Below the pieces are notes generated by a model. It worked only from the letters and a program-made list of their open reading frames with translations. It was not told where the DNA came from and did not search any database. The position numbers and the translations under genes are program-made. From Vairimorpha necatrix (lineage: Eukaryota): a stretch of 64,000 nt of DNA. Below, piece by piece: positions 38,149 through 51,346 of the stretch. Each line of letters opens with the position of its first letter. Within the stretch, counting starts at the first letter, position 1. The stretch is from the NCBI GenBank assembly GCA_036630325.1, contig CP142733.1, forward strand, positions 1-64,000. The letters run 5' to 3'.

Positions 38149-39436
38149 ATAATTGTGAAGTTTCCACAAAAATGGGCATTCAGCTTATATGAATTTTATT
38201 ATAAAAAAAAGTTTTTGAAATAAACGTTGCATTTAAGCAAACCTTGCAGATCACATTGAGGGTTATTTGTTCAACTTTTATTTATTAAAATTTCTTATGC
38301 ATTAAATTATCTAATAATACAAAATTCTTCTAGAATACGAAAATAAATCAGAAACATTTTTTGCAATTTAAATGTTGAATTATGAAATCGTTTTTATCGG
38401 TCGGCATTTGGACATTAAATGAGAAGCTTATGGGATTTCAAAGAAATTGTACAATTGATGGTAATCATTTATATATATAATATAATTAGATTTACATCAT
38501 TAAGTCAATAGCATGACTGAAGACTTTCATGTACCTCTTGTTTTTTATTGTATAGTCAAACTTTGCTTACTCGGTTCTCCTTAAATTTCCTCAATGGGTA
38601 TAAGTTGCTTTGATCAGAAATTCAGATATTTTATCAGCTTCTAACATTATTTATTTCTTATACTTTAATGATAAAGTATGATTTAAATTTATTATAAAGT
38701 TATGTAGAAATTCAATTGTCAACAGAATAATTTTTGTTCCCTAACAAAACACTACTTGGAAGTTGTTAAAAATGTCACACTTGTATCTAGTACTTTTATA
38801 AACATAAAAAAATAGAATTTAGTTTATACTGATAATCATATATTTTTATTTAAGACGCCAAAAACATAAAAAAATCTTTATCTCTTATAAAAACTCTATT
38901 TGTAGAAATGATTAATTTTAAAATTTTATTTTTCTTAAAATAAGTAATATATTACTTAAATGCATTTTGATGTTATCCTGACTAAATAGAAACCAAAGTT
39001 TATATATCAAATATACTAAGAAACATTTGGATAAATAACCCATTACGTCAAATCTAAAAATTTCTTTTAATTATCTTAATATGTAGCTCGAAAGAATAAA
39101 TATGTCAATAAGATATATTTGTATTATAATTTCTCTTTGAAATTATAGAAAATTTTTCTTTCATGATATATTAAATTTAATATAAATATTATTTTATAAT
39201 TTCAAAGCTTACATAATCGTATCTATTAGTTAAAAAAGCATACAATAAGCTTTTATTTATCATAAAAATAAAAAAAATTATCTAGTAAAAATAGCATGAC
39301 TTAAAATATATAATCTAGTTTTTCATATTCCATTATATTCATCGATACAGCATTAAAAAATTAAAATTTATATTTTACATTTTTATCATGTATATAGATA
39401 ACTTACAGATTTATAAAATAACTCAAAGTAACTATT

Positions 39437-41635
39437 TTATACGTTTCCTTTTAATAATTGTATCAAATTATCGTGAAGTTTTATTCCACATTCGGAATTT
39501 ACAAATTTTATCAAATCATTTTCTACCACATTGAAATTAAATTTTTTGTGTACCTTTTCATTATGATCTTTTGCAAGAGAATCGTCTTGTAATTGTCTAC
39601 TAAATATTTCTGTTAAAGCATTAGACAACTCTGATAAAATCTTATTTATTATTGATCTAGTAAATTCTTGAGCAAATTCATTATATATTTGTTCTTTAAG
39701 TTCTATTTTAAGATCATTTATTGATTCTTCTTCCATCCCTTCTAACCCTACAAAATCCATGAATATTTGATCAATTAAGTTAAATATATTTGTTTTGAAT
39801 TCATTCTGTAGTTTTGTAATTAATTCTCCGTCAAATATGTTTTCTATGTTTTTACTTTGACAATCTACTATTATTAAATTTATTTTTTCATATAATCCGT
39901 ATTGTGAAACAATTAGTTTGATTTTTTGCATTTGTTCTTCTCTTAATTTTCTCTCTTGTTCATATTTTTTATCGATTTGTTCATTTTCTAATAATCTTCT
40001 TCTTATAATTTTTGAATCGTGTTCGACATTATTTTTACAAAGTTTCAAATTCGAAATGGCTTCATCTTTTGAAAAGCGTTCTGGATTATTTCGAAAAATT
40101 AATGCAGTATCTAATCCTGTAAGTACAGATATTATCTTACATATCATAAATATAACTTCATGATTATATTTAAGAATGTCATTAATATAAATATTTGATA
40201 TTTCATGAATAACAAGCGAAATAGAAGTTTTTTCATCTTTTTGGTTTTTAGATTTTATTAATTTTATAATGTCATTTAAAGAATTATAAAAAAAATCATT
40301 GTGCTGTTTACACTCTGTCATTAAATCTTCTATCTCTAGCACTAAACAAATTTTTAGAAAATAGGAAGATTCTGACATATTGTTAACTGAAAACAATCTC
40401 AATAATGATTTTTCAATTTTCTCAATTATATTTCTTGCATTCGTTATTTTTCCTAAAATGATATCTAGCTCGTACTTTTTTATTTCTTTTGTATGTAAAA
40501 GAATGTGACCAAAAAAAATATTTACAGCCGATCTTTGCTTATTTAGAATTCTCTTTACGAGAGATTCTACTTTTTTATTTTTCTTTAGTAGTCTAAAGAG
40601 AAATTCTAATCCTTTTCCATCGTCTAAATTTCCAATAACGGATATTTTTTTCAAAATTTCCTTAAACTTAACATGACATTGTTCATCAATATACACGCAA
40701 TTTTCGTATTTATTCTGTCCTTCTAGGACGTAAAGATATTTATTACAAGGTATATTGAAAATTATCCTGTCAGATTCTATCTCAATTTTTAACGACAAGT
40801 TCTCTAGTTCTATTTGATTTAACGAACATTTTAGATTATTTGTTTTATAATATTCCATTACTCCGTCAATAAAGTCGTATTTGTATAGTTTCAAAAGCTT
40901 TGCAAATATTTCTTTGTCAAGTTCGTTTTTATATTTATCTATCGGAAGTAAATCAATTTCATCATGACTAAAGTCGCTAATATCAAATTCGAATAAATAA
41001 AACACATCCGTTATAATGATGCGCAGCGTAATTCGATAATTATCTTCATAATCTTTCATGATGTAAATAATAGGTATGTCGGAGAAGATAATTTCGTTGT
41101 TATTTGTTGATAAATGTGTTTTAAGTTTCCAGGTCATTAGTTCTAAAAGATTAAATTGATCACAAATATTTTCATAATAAATTTCATATGTCTTCTTTTT
41201 AATCTTTCTTTTTTTGTTGTTATTTTTCATATTTTCTATTACATCTTTCATGATGGGATATTTTTTTAATTGTGATGCATTATAGAACAATATAACGCTA
41301 TGATTATTTTGTAAATTAAAAAATCTTCTAATATTATCTTCAATTTTATCAATTATGAAACTTATAGTCTTATATTTGTAATTCAAAATAGAAAAAGTAT
41401 TTATGTTGCGATTTACTTCATCATAAAAATTATGATTCCTTTCCAATATTGTCATCATCATATCTTCTTCTAATTCAAAGAAAAACAACCAAACTTTACA
41501 ATATTGTTTGTTAATATCAAAAATAATATAATCGTAAGAGCCGATTTTGTTCAAAAAATTATCCTTAATCAGTGTGTATAATACATGATTTAAGTATACA
41601 AAAAATAATTGTAAAAATATTCTTAAAATTTGCAT
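39437..41635 (-). CDS. Hypothetical protein, 732 aa, probable signal peptide; family member 1
   Basis: Long ORF in AT-rich DNA with a hydrophobic N-terminus and GCCCAT before the ATG. Shares motifs with the 54594 and 63710 genes. Confidence 0.9.
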   Translation of the reverse strand: MQILRIFLQLFFVYLNHVLYTLIKDNFLNKIGSYDYIIFDINKQYCKVWLFFFELEEDMMMTILERNHNFYDEVNRNINTFSILNYKYKTISFIIDKIEDNIRRFFNLQNNHSVILFYNASQLKKYPIMKDVIENMKNNNKKRKIKKKTYEIYYENICDQFNLLELMTWKLKTHLSTNNNEIIFSDIPIIYIMKDYEDNYRITLRIIITDVFYLFEFDISDFSHDEIDLLPIDKYKNELDKEIFAKLLKLYKYDFIDGVMEYYKTNNLKCSLNQIELENLSLKIEIESDRIIFNIPCNKYLYVLEGQNKYENCVYIDEQCHVKFKEILKKISVIGNLDDGKGLEFLFRLLKKNKKVESLVKRILNKQRSAVNIFFGHILLHTKEIKKYELDIILGKITNARNIIEKIEKSLLRLFSVNNMSESSYFLKICLVLEIEDLMTECKQHNDFFYNSLNDIIKLIKSKNQKDEKTSISLVIHEISNIYINDILKYNHEVIFMICKIISVLTGLDTALIFRNNPERFSKDEAISNLKLCKNNVEHDSKIIRRRLLENEQIDKKYEQERKLREEQMQKIKLIVSQYGLYEKINLIIVDCQSKNIENIFDGELITKLQNEFKTNIFNLIDQIFMDFVGLEGMEEESINDLKIELKEQIYNEFAQEFTRSIINKILSELSNALTEIFSRQLQDDSLAKDHNEKVHKKFNFNVVENDLIKFVNSECGIKLHDNLIQLLKGNV

Positions 41636-44600
41636 ATGGGCAAGTTATGAGAAAATATAAAAAAATTCATATATTAAATGATAGATGAAATGTTTAAAAC
41701 ATAAACGTCGATCAAAAAACTTTTACATAACAAAAAAATTTGTACTTTTTTGCTTTGCATAATACATCGAGAATAGGTTTCTGTTACGATTACATTTGAG
41801 CCAATCACATTTGCTATTTTAGAATTTATGCAATATATTTAGGTCATTATGATATATCAAAACCTTGGCAAAGAATACTTTATTTATATAGACACACTTC
41901 TTTTTTATCAACAGGCGAAAAAAATCTGAAATTATACCTTGCAATATGTTATATAAACTTTGATTTCTATCAATGACTAAACATGATCTAACTATGCTCG
42001 AAGAGCAGAACAGGAGATCATATGGAATAACAGAAAAAAAGGATTAAAAAAATATAAGATTGTTTTTTAAGGAAAAACTCAAGACCTCTAATTGCAGCAA
42101 TAATTATATAGGTATTCTATTTTTTTGTATTTTGTGATATATTATAAAGTAAGAAACTTCTTTATAAAATACTTTGAAAAGATAATTTGAAGATTGAGCA
42201 GCAAACATACTTTAGTTGTCTTAAAAATAAGTCTCTTTTTATCTTACAAGTCGACTCAGAGCCATTATATAATTTTTTTAAAAACATTTCAACGCTTTAT
42301 CATAAACCCATTATAGAAAATAATCTTAATCGATTCTTCAAAAGAAAAAATATCTATAGACCATAACAAAATTAATTCTTCTTCGTCATTTTTTTATATG
42401 AATTTGCTATCAAAAAGTCGAAATTAGCAATTCGTGTACTCAAGTTATAAGATAAAGACCAATTTGAATTTTTTTACATATAATTTATGACGAAAATAAA
42501 CGAAAAAAAATTGTATCATACGTATATGTTGATCCCAGCTTCAACAAATTTTTTTTGTCTTTGATATTTAAAAAATGGCAGTTAAAAGATCAATAAATTT
42601 GACGTAGAACATGTATTACTAGGAAATTTTAAATAACATAAAATATGTATATATATATTCAATGATTTTTCCACTTAGGACTCATAAATTTAGCAATCTT
42701 ACAATAAAACAGATGAAAAGTACAAATTAATTTTTTTTAATGGTAACTAGTCATAAAATACTAAAAATAATTAAAGCAAAGTATATATCAATATATTTTT
42801 ATATTTGACATAACGTTTATTTGAAAGTAATTTTTGGCAGACGCATGTAAATAATAAATAAATTTTTCAATAACTAAATTATAGTGGTTTTCAAACGATT
42901 ATTTATTTTAGGTTAATATAATTTTTTTTACCGTTTAGGTATATCTTAAAAATCTTTTTTCTTTCTAATTTTTACATGAAAATTATTTTTATTAAAATAA
43001 AGAAAGTCGAGACTATGTGTTTTTAATCATCAATATTCTATGCGAGTATTATATTTAAACTGCTTATTATTTTCTTAAGATGAAAATATCTTTATAGAAG
43101 TCTCCCATTTTTATAATATTCAACGTAACAAACAAAAAAAATAATAATAAATAATAAAAACAATATTTTTAATAAATTATATTGAAAATAGAAGAAAAAC
43201 ACAAACCTTATAAGTTTTACAAATAACGAATCTTTAGTATTATTTTACAATGAGTGACTAAACAACTCTATAAGTCTTTATAAGTCTATTAATTTTTAAA
43301 ATATTTTAAAAACCATAAAAACAAAAATTTTAAAAAATATATAAATAAATAGGGCTGTACAATATATTATGAAACAGTTTGTATAGAACCTGATTATTTT
43401 GATGATAATTATCTCGACATTAGTAAATTTATTATTTATTAAACATCATAAAACATGCTAATTACAACTTAAACCAGTTTTTACTTAATATTCGTACAGA
43501 TATATATATATATATATATATTTGTTATAGACTTTTCTGACAAAGTTGATTATTTAAATGATATAAAATGAAACTAGATACTATATACGACTAAAAAATA
43601 ATTGGGCCTTTTCTCGGATTGTATAAAAATGTCATAGATCATTACTTGTAGGTTCATTTTATAATCTACTGCAAATATTTTACTAAATAGTATTGTCTAA
43701 GTAAGAAAAAAATATTTTTTAAATTTAAAATAGAACCAGATGAATATATTAATTCAAAATTCTAAAGACTATTTTAATTATTTACATTATAAAAAATGCA
43801 TTTTTTTAAATTATAGGCAATGTTTTATAGATTTTAAAAAAATAGATGTTACTACTATAATAACTGATGAAAATACCATCCAAGCAAGTTTACTGTGGTC
43901 TAAAATAATGTATTTATAAAGATAAAATGTTTTTTTTAATCGATTTGATTATAAAAACACTAAATTCTGCATAAATTATTTTACTGGCCCATTTACTTTT
44001 ACATTATAAAATAATAGAAGTATCCAAAAATCAATATAACGCTCAAGAATGAATGTATTGAAATACAAAAAAAATTGGATTCGTCAATACAATATTTACA
44101 AAAGTGTCAAATTCACATAACACCACTTTTTTAAAAAAAATCGCACTGAATTATAAAAGAAAAATGCGATGAAGACAATGATGTATATAAAAACTTTTAA
44201 AGTTATCGGAAGTCTCATATTGCTTAAAAAAAGATAGAAATAAATACATAAAAAAATGAGTTTATTTGAAATAATTTAAGAAGTAGAAAGAGTTCATGTG
44301 TCAATTTAAAAACATATTAAAATGATGCTTTAATTGTTTTATGTAAAAAGATATCAAAGTTTACGCGATTGAAAAAGCCCCAACAGATTTTGTTAATAGC
44401 TTAGAACTTGTTAGATTATAGTAGAAGACGTCATTGAAAGTTTTGCACTTTATAAAAACGAGATAGTGAAAATAAGAAAATTTTAAAAGAACGATTGATC
44501 GAAAATTTACGAAAGATATAAAATTTGAAGTAAATGGAAAAAGATAAATAATATAAGTTAGTTAAAATTATGCAATAATAAAGATTCTTAATTAATAAAA

Positions 44601-46854
44601 AATTATTTAAAATAACACATTAATCCGTAATCATAATATTATAAGATTTTTTAGTAAAAAAAATGAGTACATTAGAGAACAACTTAATGAAAAAAGAATA
44701 AAGACCATTGAAGCAATGGTTTTAAAAATTATAATTGTTCGAGTAAACAATAAATAATATTAGAGTATAAAAACAAGTTAAAAAAAATTACCGATGAAAT
44801 GAATTAAAATATCAAAGAAAAATGGATTTGTTTTTTACAAAAACATTGATGAATTTATTTTATGCTGAACTGACGATCAAAAAATTAAGAAAACAAAATT
44901 AAAAAAATTTAATTTTAAAAAAAACCTATAAATATTATGTAATGGGATTTAAATAAAGAGTCTATTATACTTCTACGTAATATTTTAAAAGGATTTTTTA
45001 GATTTCAGGAAATTGAAGTGAATAAAAAACATAACTCAAGGGTTTTTAATTTAACATACAAAGGAAACTTGTTGTCAAATTTTAATATTCATGTATTACT
45101 TGCATATATTCTCCATATATTATATGTGGTTTTGCTGTTATAAAATTGTTAAATAAGATGAACAATCAACCGAAAGATTATTTCATAATATATTGCTTTT
45201 AAATGTAACAAAGTCAAGTAATATATATTTATACATAAATATAAAGTATTATTTTTTATTTATACAAACAGTTGATTGACTATGTTGGGCTATTTTTACA
45301 ATTTTCACAGTTTGTGGTAATGATTGGAAATCCTTTTAAAATCTAACTTGGAAAAATTAAAATTTTCTCATAAATATTTACTAATACAGATTTAAATCTT
45401 ACTTTACTATTTTACCTTTCATCATATAAATTTTTGAAATATTAATATGATAAAATATAAATTAGACGATTTGTAGCTGTATATATATATTAATAATTTT
45501 TCATTCGAGAGAAATGTAAGTATTTTATGAAATACAATATAAAGAAAGTTATACATATGATGTTATAATAACAGGATATATATAGAACAAAAAAAAATTT
45601 ACGCATTAATATTTATTTTTTTTATAAACACAGAAAAATAATATAATCAAAGAACAATTTTAAAAGTTTCTGAAATACAATCCATAGTATCTTTAACTTG
45701 TTTTAAATATTTTGTTGCCAGACCATCTACATAATAATAAAAAAGAAAACGAAAACTATTATTAATGCCAATAACTGGTATTACGATAAAAAATAATATA
45801 ACCTCAAATATAGACTTAACACAAAACACAACCTTTTTTAAAAACTATTGGTAAAATGTTATTATACTAAATTAAGGTAATTTAAAAATCCTGCTTAAAA
45901 TCCAATTCTTATGTTTTAAAATAATTTAATCTTAAGAATGAACCAGAAAAAAACAACTATCTTCTGCCAAGGTACAGAACAAGAAACGAGTAGAACAATA
46001 TTTTAATCTTATTTGATTCATTTTTCTTAAAAATAATGAGACGGATTATATTATGAATTTATATTTTATTAACAAATGCTCAAAATATTTTTTAAATTTG
46101 TATATATATTTTTTTGTATTTTAATTATCTTAAAAGTAAATAGAAAGTTAAAAACATTTTTTTTTGTTATTAAATTTTCAGCTGTAGTGCCTCAAATATA
46201 AAATAACAAAAACTTACAAAAAGTATAAATTTTTTATTAAAAACTACAAAATTTATAGAAATTATTTTGTTCACATTTCTATATACTAAACATAAGTTTT
46301 TTTGTTTGATAAACATCATAAATTGCCAAAATAGAAAATTTTTTAATAATAACCGCTATCAAATATATGACACAGTATAAAAATAAACTCATAGACAGTA
46401 TAAGAAACTAAACAGATATAAATCAAATTAAAAAAAAGTGGTACAACAATATAGAAAATTACATAAAATTAGAGACTTATTTCACGCTATTATATGTCAA
46501 TGACAAAATTATTGAAAAATATAAGCAGGTGTAAAATGCGACTATATACATATGTAAATAACTTTTTAAAGATGTTGTCATAAACAATATATATTTTAAT
46601 TTTTTGTTTAGTACAGTCAATATTCTCATAAAAGCATGGAAAGCTATATCGAAAGATTATGCTATATTATAACTATAACATAAAAAATGAATTAATAGTA
46701 TAAAAGGAGCGACTGTATGACGAAAAAACATTTCCTTAAAAAAAAAACTAAAAATTTTTATTTATTTTTGAGCTTAATCCTCTAAGTTTCGTATATGTCA
46801 TGCTATTGGTATTGCATTAATTAGAGTTTTAAAAAAAATGTAGTTATTATCATA

Positions 46855-47240
46855 ATTCACAAGAGAATCTACAGCAAGTAGAAAACGATAAGTTAAGAAA
46901 GTATGATGTCCTTGCGAATGAACTGGGTCTAATAATTGGTTTTAAAACAGAAATAATATTCTACGTAATTACTTGAGAAGGTATAGTGAACAAGTTTCAC
47001 AAATCTTATACCACAAGACTTTTAATCCCTAATATGGTAGAAGCGTACATCCAGATGATCACGCTAAAGAAGACGCTAGAGAGCATTTTCTGGACTACCG
47101 AAGGAGAGGAGACGAAGCCGATGTGGAAAGGACTATGGAGATGAGAAGTCACCTACAAGCAGGAAACGCTAACGCGGAACCTATTCTTGTTAAACTAAAA
47201 ATATAAATTACAACAAGCATACCCTAATTAAATTTATTTA
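46855..47240 (+). mobile_element. 3'-terminal fragment of RLE non-LTR family B (longest copy)
   Basis: Translates as VENDKLRKYDVLANELGLI...VEAYIQMITLKKTLESI, homologous to the C-terminus of the 51385-52848 ORF but with a different 3' tail. Confidence 0.9.
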
Positions 47241-48070
47241 TTATATCATAATTATGGGTAAGATTTATCAAAATATATAACAGTTAATATATTACGAAAT
47301 ATTTAACACATTGGATTCTAGAAAAAGTTTTATAAATTTCAAAATTTTTTATAACTTTCATAATTTTAAGAGTCATTAAAAGTCAAGAACCAAATGTTTT
47401 TCAAATATTTTAATAACTATAAAATTTTTCGTTAACATAACGTCTTAAAAATAATTTCAAATCGATTAAAATATGTATTTAAAAAAAATTTAAACGTTGA
47501 AATTGCATTTTATTTGTATGTATGTTTCAATATTTATATTGGCCTACCAAATAGCTTTTTTCATTAAAATTAAAGCTAATTAGGTAGTTTGAAAAAAATA
47601 GTTCCAAATACTTATAATAGAATCATCTGAATAGACAAAACACAAATATTATTTTACAGACAGATTATGCCTAAAACGAAGTTTCAAAATTTTGCAGTTA
47701 AACAAGACAAATGTAGAAATACACTACTGATTTAGTAATAAAAATATTAATGATGTTATTCCCAAATTATTTTCATGTATCAATAATACTTACAAGAAAG
47801 GATATAAAAAAAAAGTAAAACAATCAATTTGTAGCGTAAAAGCACCCTTAGACGATTTTTAAATCCAGAAATTTTAGTATAGAATAAAAAATTGTTTGTT
47901 GTAGCTAAATATGCAATGTAATTAATTGCAAAGATCGAAAGTGTATAAATTTACAATATTCCTTTTTTATTGATTATAAAATAATTTGAGTATATATAAA
48001 ACGTCATAAAAATTTTAAATCTACAAGAAAGAGCATTACATACATTTAATAAAAATTTTATTATTTCTAA

Positions 48071-48778
48071 TTATCCTCTACTTCCAACAAACGATGTGTC
48101 CAATGGATTTTTTCTCTTATCAGAATACATCAGTTCACTATATAATTGTATAACATGCCATGGGCAAAATTCCTTCATCCTCACATCAATAAATCTATAA
48201 ACAAGCTTTTTAATCTTTTTAATTTCATTAGCATCTTCAAAGGAAGAATAAAAACTTAAATCAAAGATCAGATCATAACTATGATACGCTAAAAATTCAA
48301 AGAGATGACCAATAGGTCTCAATTTTATTTTAGCCGGCTGATTTGTCAGAAATTTTATTACAAATATTTTAAAATAATACCTTAAATTTTGAACGTACAC
48401 ATGTTTTTTCATATTCTTAGTTAGATTTATAATTTTAATAATATCTTTGTGTGATGTCAAAGCATCAAACACAACATCTAGTGATTTTAATATATTTTCC
48501 CAATTAATTACGTTATAAATGATTTTTTTAGGCTCGAATAGAAAATGTTCATAACATTCAAATATTTGCGTATTATCGAAATTATCATACCATAATTTAT
48601 AGTTTTTAACAGTAACATTTTTATATTTTGTATCAAAAGGTAAAACGAATTGTTTCCTGTCAAAACTTGCATTTTTATAAATCAATTCATTGTTGTTATT
48701 TTGTGGACCAATAGCATTTAACGATCTTCCAATGAAATTGTAAGAATTACTTAATAACGAATTAAAAAACAAAAACAT
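48071..48778 (-). CDS. Hypothetical protein, 235 aa (short hydrophobic N-terminus)
   Basis: 708-bp ORF in AT-rich DNA with no recognisable domain. Confidence 0.7.
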   Translation of the reverse strand: MFLFFNSLLSNSYNFIGRSLNAIGPQNNNNELIYKNASFDRKQFVLPFDTKYKNVTVKNYKLWYDNFDNTQIFECYEHFLFEPKKIIYNVINWENILKSLDVVFDALTSHKDIIKIINLTKNMKKHVYVQNLRYYFKIFVIKFLTNQPAKIKLRPIGHLFEFLAYHSYDLIFDLSFYSSFEDANEIKKIKKLVYRFIDVRMKEFCPWHVIQLYSELMYSDKRKNPLDTSFVGSRG

Positions 48779-50006
48779 TATAAGGATGACAAATTTATCA
48801 TTTAAATTTCAACTATTAAGAAAATTCCGTATGAATTTTATAAATAAATTGTATTTTCTTGACTTTATAAATAAGAAATATTTATGAAAGTCAATTAGTG
48901 ACATGTAACAACGAAGCGTATAAAATTACATCATATAAACAAAACGAAGATTTTATTAAGTTTAATTATTTTGTAATGGTAGAACTTCATTATTCAGAAA
49001 TTGGATTTGTAATGGTAAAGAAAATCTTCTTATTAATTTTGAATTTTTAATGTTTTACTGTAAACAGTTTAGTGTTCTTGGGGCATTATCGAATTGCCTA
49101 TGCATGACATATAAAAATTTAAAAGTGTCAAAAATGAGCGCAAAAAAAGATGCAAAAGATAACTAGAATAATTTATCATTATTGGCATTATAAATCTAGA
49201 ATACTTGTAAAATAATTTACTTTGCTAAACATTATCGTAAATATTAATTCGAATTGATTTTTTAAAATATTTTAGTCGATGAAATATTGTGCTCAGTTAT
49301 AGTCAAGTTAAAATTGTTTTTTGAATTGTGATTAGATCACATGTGAATTTTATTTAACACTTGTTCTAAAATTTTGTAATGGGTTTCCTTACTTCTATTT
49401 ATTATTTATTTGGTTTTAGTACTTTGAGCTTAATGATAAAATAAATCTGCTTTTAAATAAAAATATAACTTATATAATATTTTCAAATAAAAACTTATTT
49501 TATATTCATGTTAAATTTAATAATTTTAATTCGAAGTAGAGCAGTTATCTAGCTATTCATAATTTTCAAACATCTATTTCTGTTTTAAATAAACTAATTA
49601 TTTTCTCATGCAGTTATTTCTCTATTTAAATTTGTTCTGTCTTCTATCAACCAACGTCATACATTGTGTAGTATTTTCGGTTGTTAGAGACCAAATAGGC
49701 TACAATTTAGACATTACGTCTACACTTCTCCCATGTTTTTCGTTTATTTGTGTAATTTAAATCGTTTGCACGTGTTTATAAAATTTCTTTTCAATTTTTG
49801 ACATAAAAAAAATATCTATAAGTGATAAAAAAAAGTCAAATCTGGCGCTAAAAAATTTTCCATTTACTTAATTGTTTTTTTTATTCTATTTGGTCAAAAA
49901 AAAATTTCAAATTATTTTTAAAACAGATATAACACTTAATTTGTATTATAATCATTTAATTTGTTTATGAAAAGAGTTAATATGCATATCGTAGCCTATC
50001 AAAAAG

Positions 50007-50284
50007 AGCAAATCATCTTTCGACAAGTGAACGTATTTGATTGGCTACTGTAACCTTTTAAAATCATTTCCAAAAGAGGGCATGGAAAATCCAAGTAAAC
50101 TGTTTGACAATGCATTTTATATGTAAGGGGACCAATTGTTCTATAAAATTAATAAAATAATATATAAACAATTTATGTAAGCTATGTATTTTTATAATAT
50201 ATGTGAAACCATAATAAAAACTAGCCAATCATCTTTCGACAAATGGACGGATTTGATTAGCAACTAATTATGTAAAATCATTTC
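50007..50284 (+). repeat. Pair of ~63-bp direct repeats (50007-50070, 50223-50284)
   Basis: AGC.AATCATCTTTCGACAA.TG.ACG.ATTTGATT.GC.ACT...TAAAATCATTTC occurs twice, 216 bp apart. Confidence 0.75.
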
Positions 50285-50387
50285 AGAAGAAAAAATATTT
50301 GCCAAATAAAACATTAATATTTATAGATAAATGTTTTAATCATTCAAACTGGCCTAAATATTTATCTTTATTTGCAGTCTCGTTGTA

Positions 50388-50950
50388 TTATTCCACAGCT
50401 AATGATTTTACAAAACATTTTGTCTGACAATCTATAAATTTATCCAGCTTTTTACATATATTGATAATTTCTTCATCATGTCCTAAATTTATTTCCTTCA
50501 CGTGTATAAAGTTTTGACCATCAACATGTTTTTCGATATCATTGTCTATGAGTACGCATTGTTCTAATTTTACATTAAAGTGCTTAGAAACTACTTCTAA
50601 ATTTTTTATATTATTTTTTGCTTTATCTTTTCAGTAATAATACCCTCTTCACATTCCTCTTGTCCAAAATAGCCTAGATGAAAATTATACCCAATCTCTT
50701 CCAAGTAAGGAATCATCTTTTTGATATTATGTTTCATAGATGTAGACCAAAATACATAATTAATATTGTGTATCTCTAAAAATTTAACTAGTAAATCTGT
50801 AAGTGGTCTTTTCAACAAAATATGATTATTACAACTGTAGGTATTGTTTTTCTGATTGTCAGTTAAACTGTCTAAAACATATTTATCAGTTTTTTTTATC
50901 TTAGAAATTAACGTATCATTTATATCAAAAACTAGTAGAAATCCTTCCAT
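50388..50950 (-). pseudogene. FCP1/NIF-like HAD-superfamily phosphatase with one frameshift (~50615-50625)
   Basis: LLVFDINDTLI (motif I), KRP...FL and FWSTS. After a -1 shift the frame continues KNLEVV...CVLIDNDIEK to TAA at 50388-90. TTTTACCC precedes the ATG. Confidence 0.75.
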
Positions 50951-51060
50951 GGGTAAAATATTTCCAAATTTAAAAAAAAACTAACTAAAGAATAAATTTA
51001 GACACCAAAAAACGAAATGGCAATTTCATAAATATTACACGTTTTCTGAATATATATTCT

Positions 51061-51346
51061 GTCAGGGGACAAGCCCAGGTGCATACTGAGACTTGTCCTG
51101 CCCAAGGAATGAAGTGTGTTTTGACAGATCTTTGGAGAGACCAACACATTAATTGAGAAATGACAGGAAAATATGAAACGGCCTAGTTATGTAATTAGGG
51201 CCCAATTTGCCATGTTTGGTCAATTGTACTTTTGTTGCCAAACATGTCAAAACTGTCATTCTCAAATATTTAAGCAAAGTCACCCCTGAGGGGATGAAAC
51301 TAAGGAAGGAAAAGGAGATGGAAAACTCCACATCACCAAACCACAA
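51061..51346. ncRNA. Candidate structured non-coding RNA or element (continues at 52849-52909 after the retroelement insertion)
   Basis: GC-rich, with stems GGACAAG/CTTGTCC, CATGTTTGG/CCAAACATG, TGAGA(A)ATGACAG/CTGTCATTCTCA and CCCC/GGGG. A distal hairpin AGGCAGGC-AGAA-GCCAGCCT is followed by a T6 run. Family not identified. Confidence 0.45.

Noticed and set aside
43985-45050. A-rich stretch (and 13300-15030 minus) resembling decayed genes
   Set aside because: Coding-like composition, but no motif or homology I can support.
51285-51300. Hammerhead ribozyme-like CTGAGGGGATGAAAC
   Set aside because: The core needs CUGANGA, but the invariant A9 is G, and no stem I/III with a cleavage triplet was found.
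51149-51346. 65-aa ORF beginning MWFG like the retroelement ORF
   Set aside because: The shared start is simply the 12-bp target-site duplication read as TTG TGG TTT GGT.
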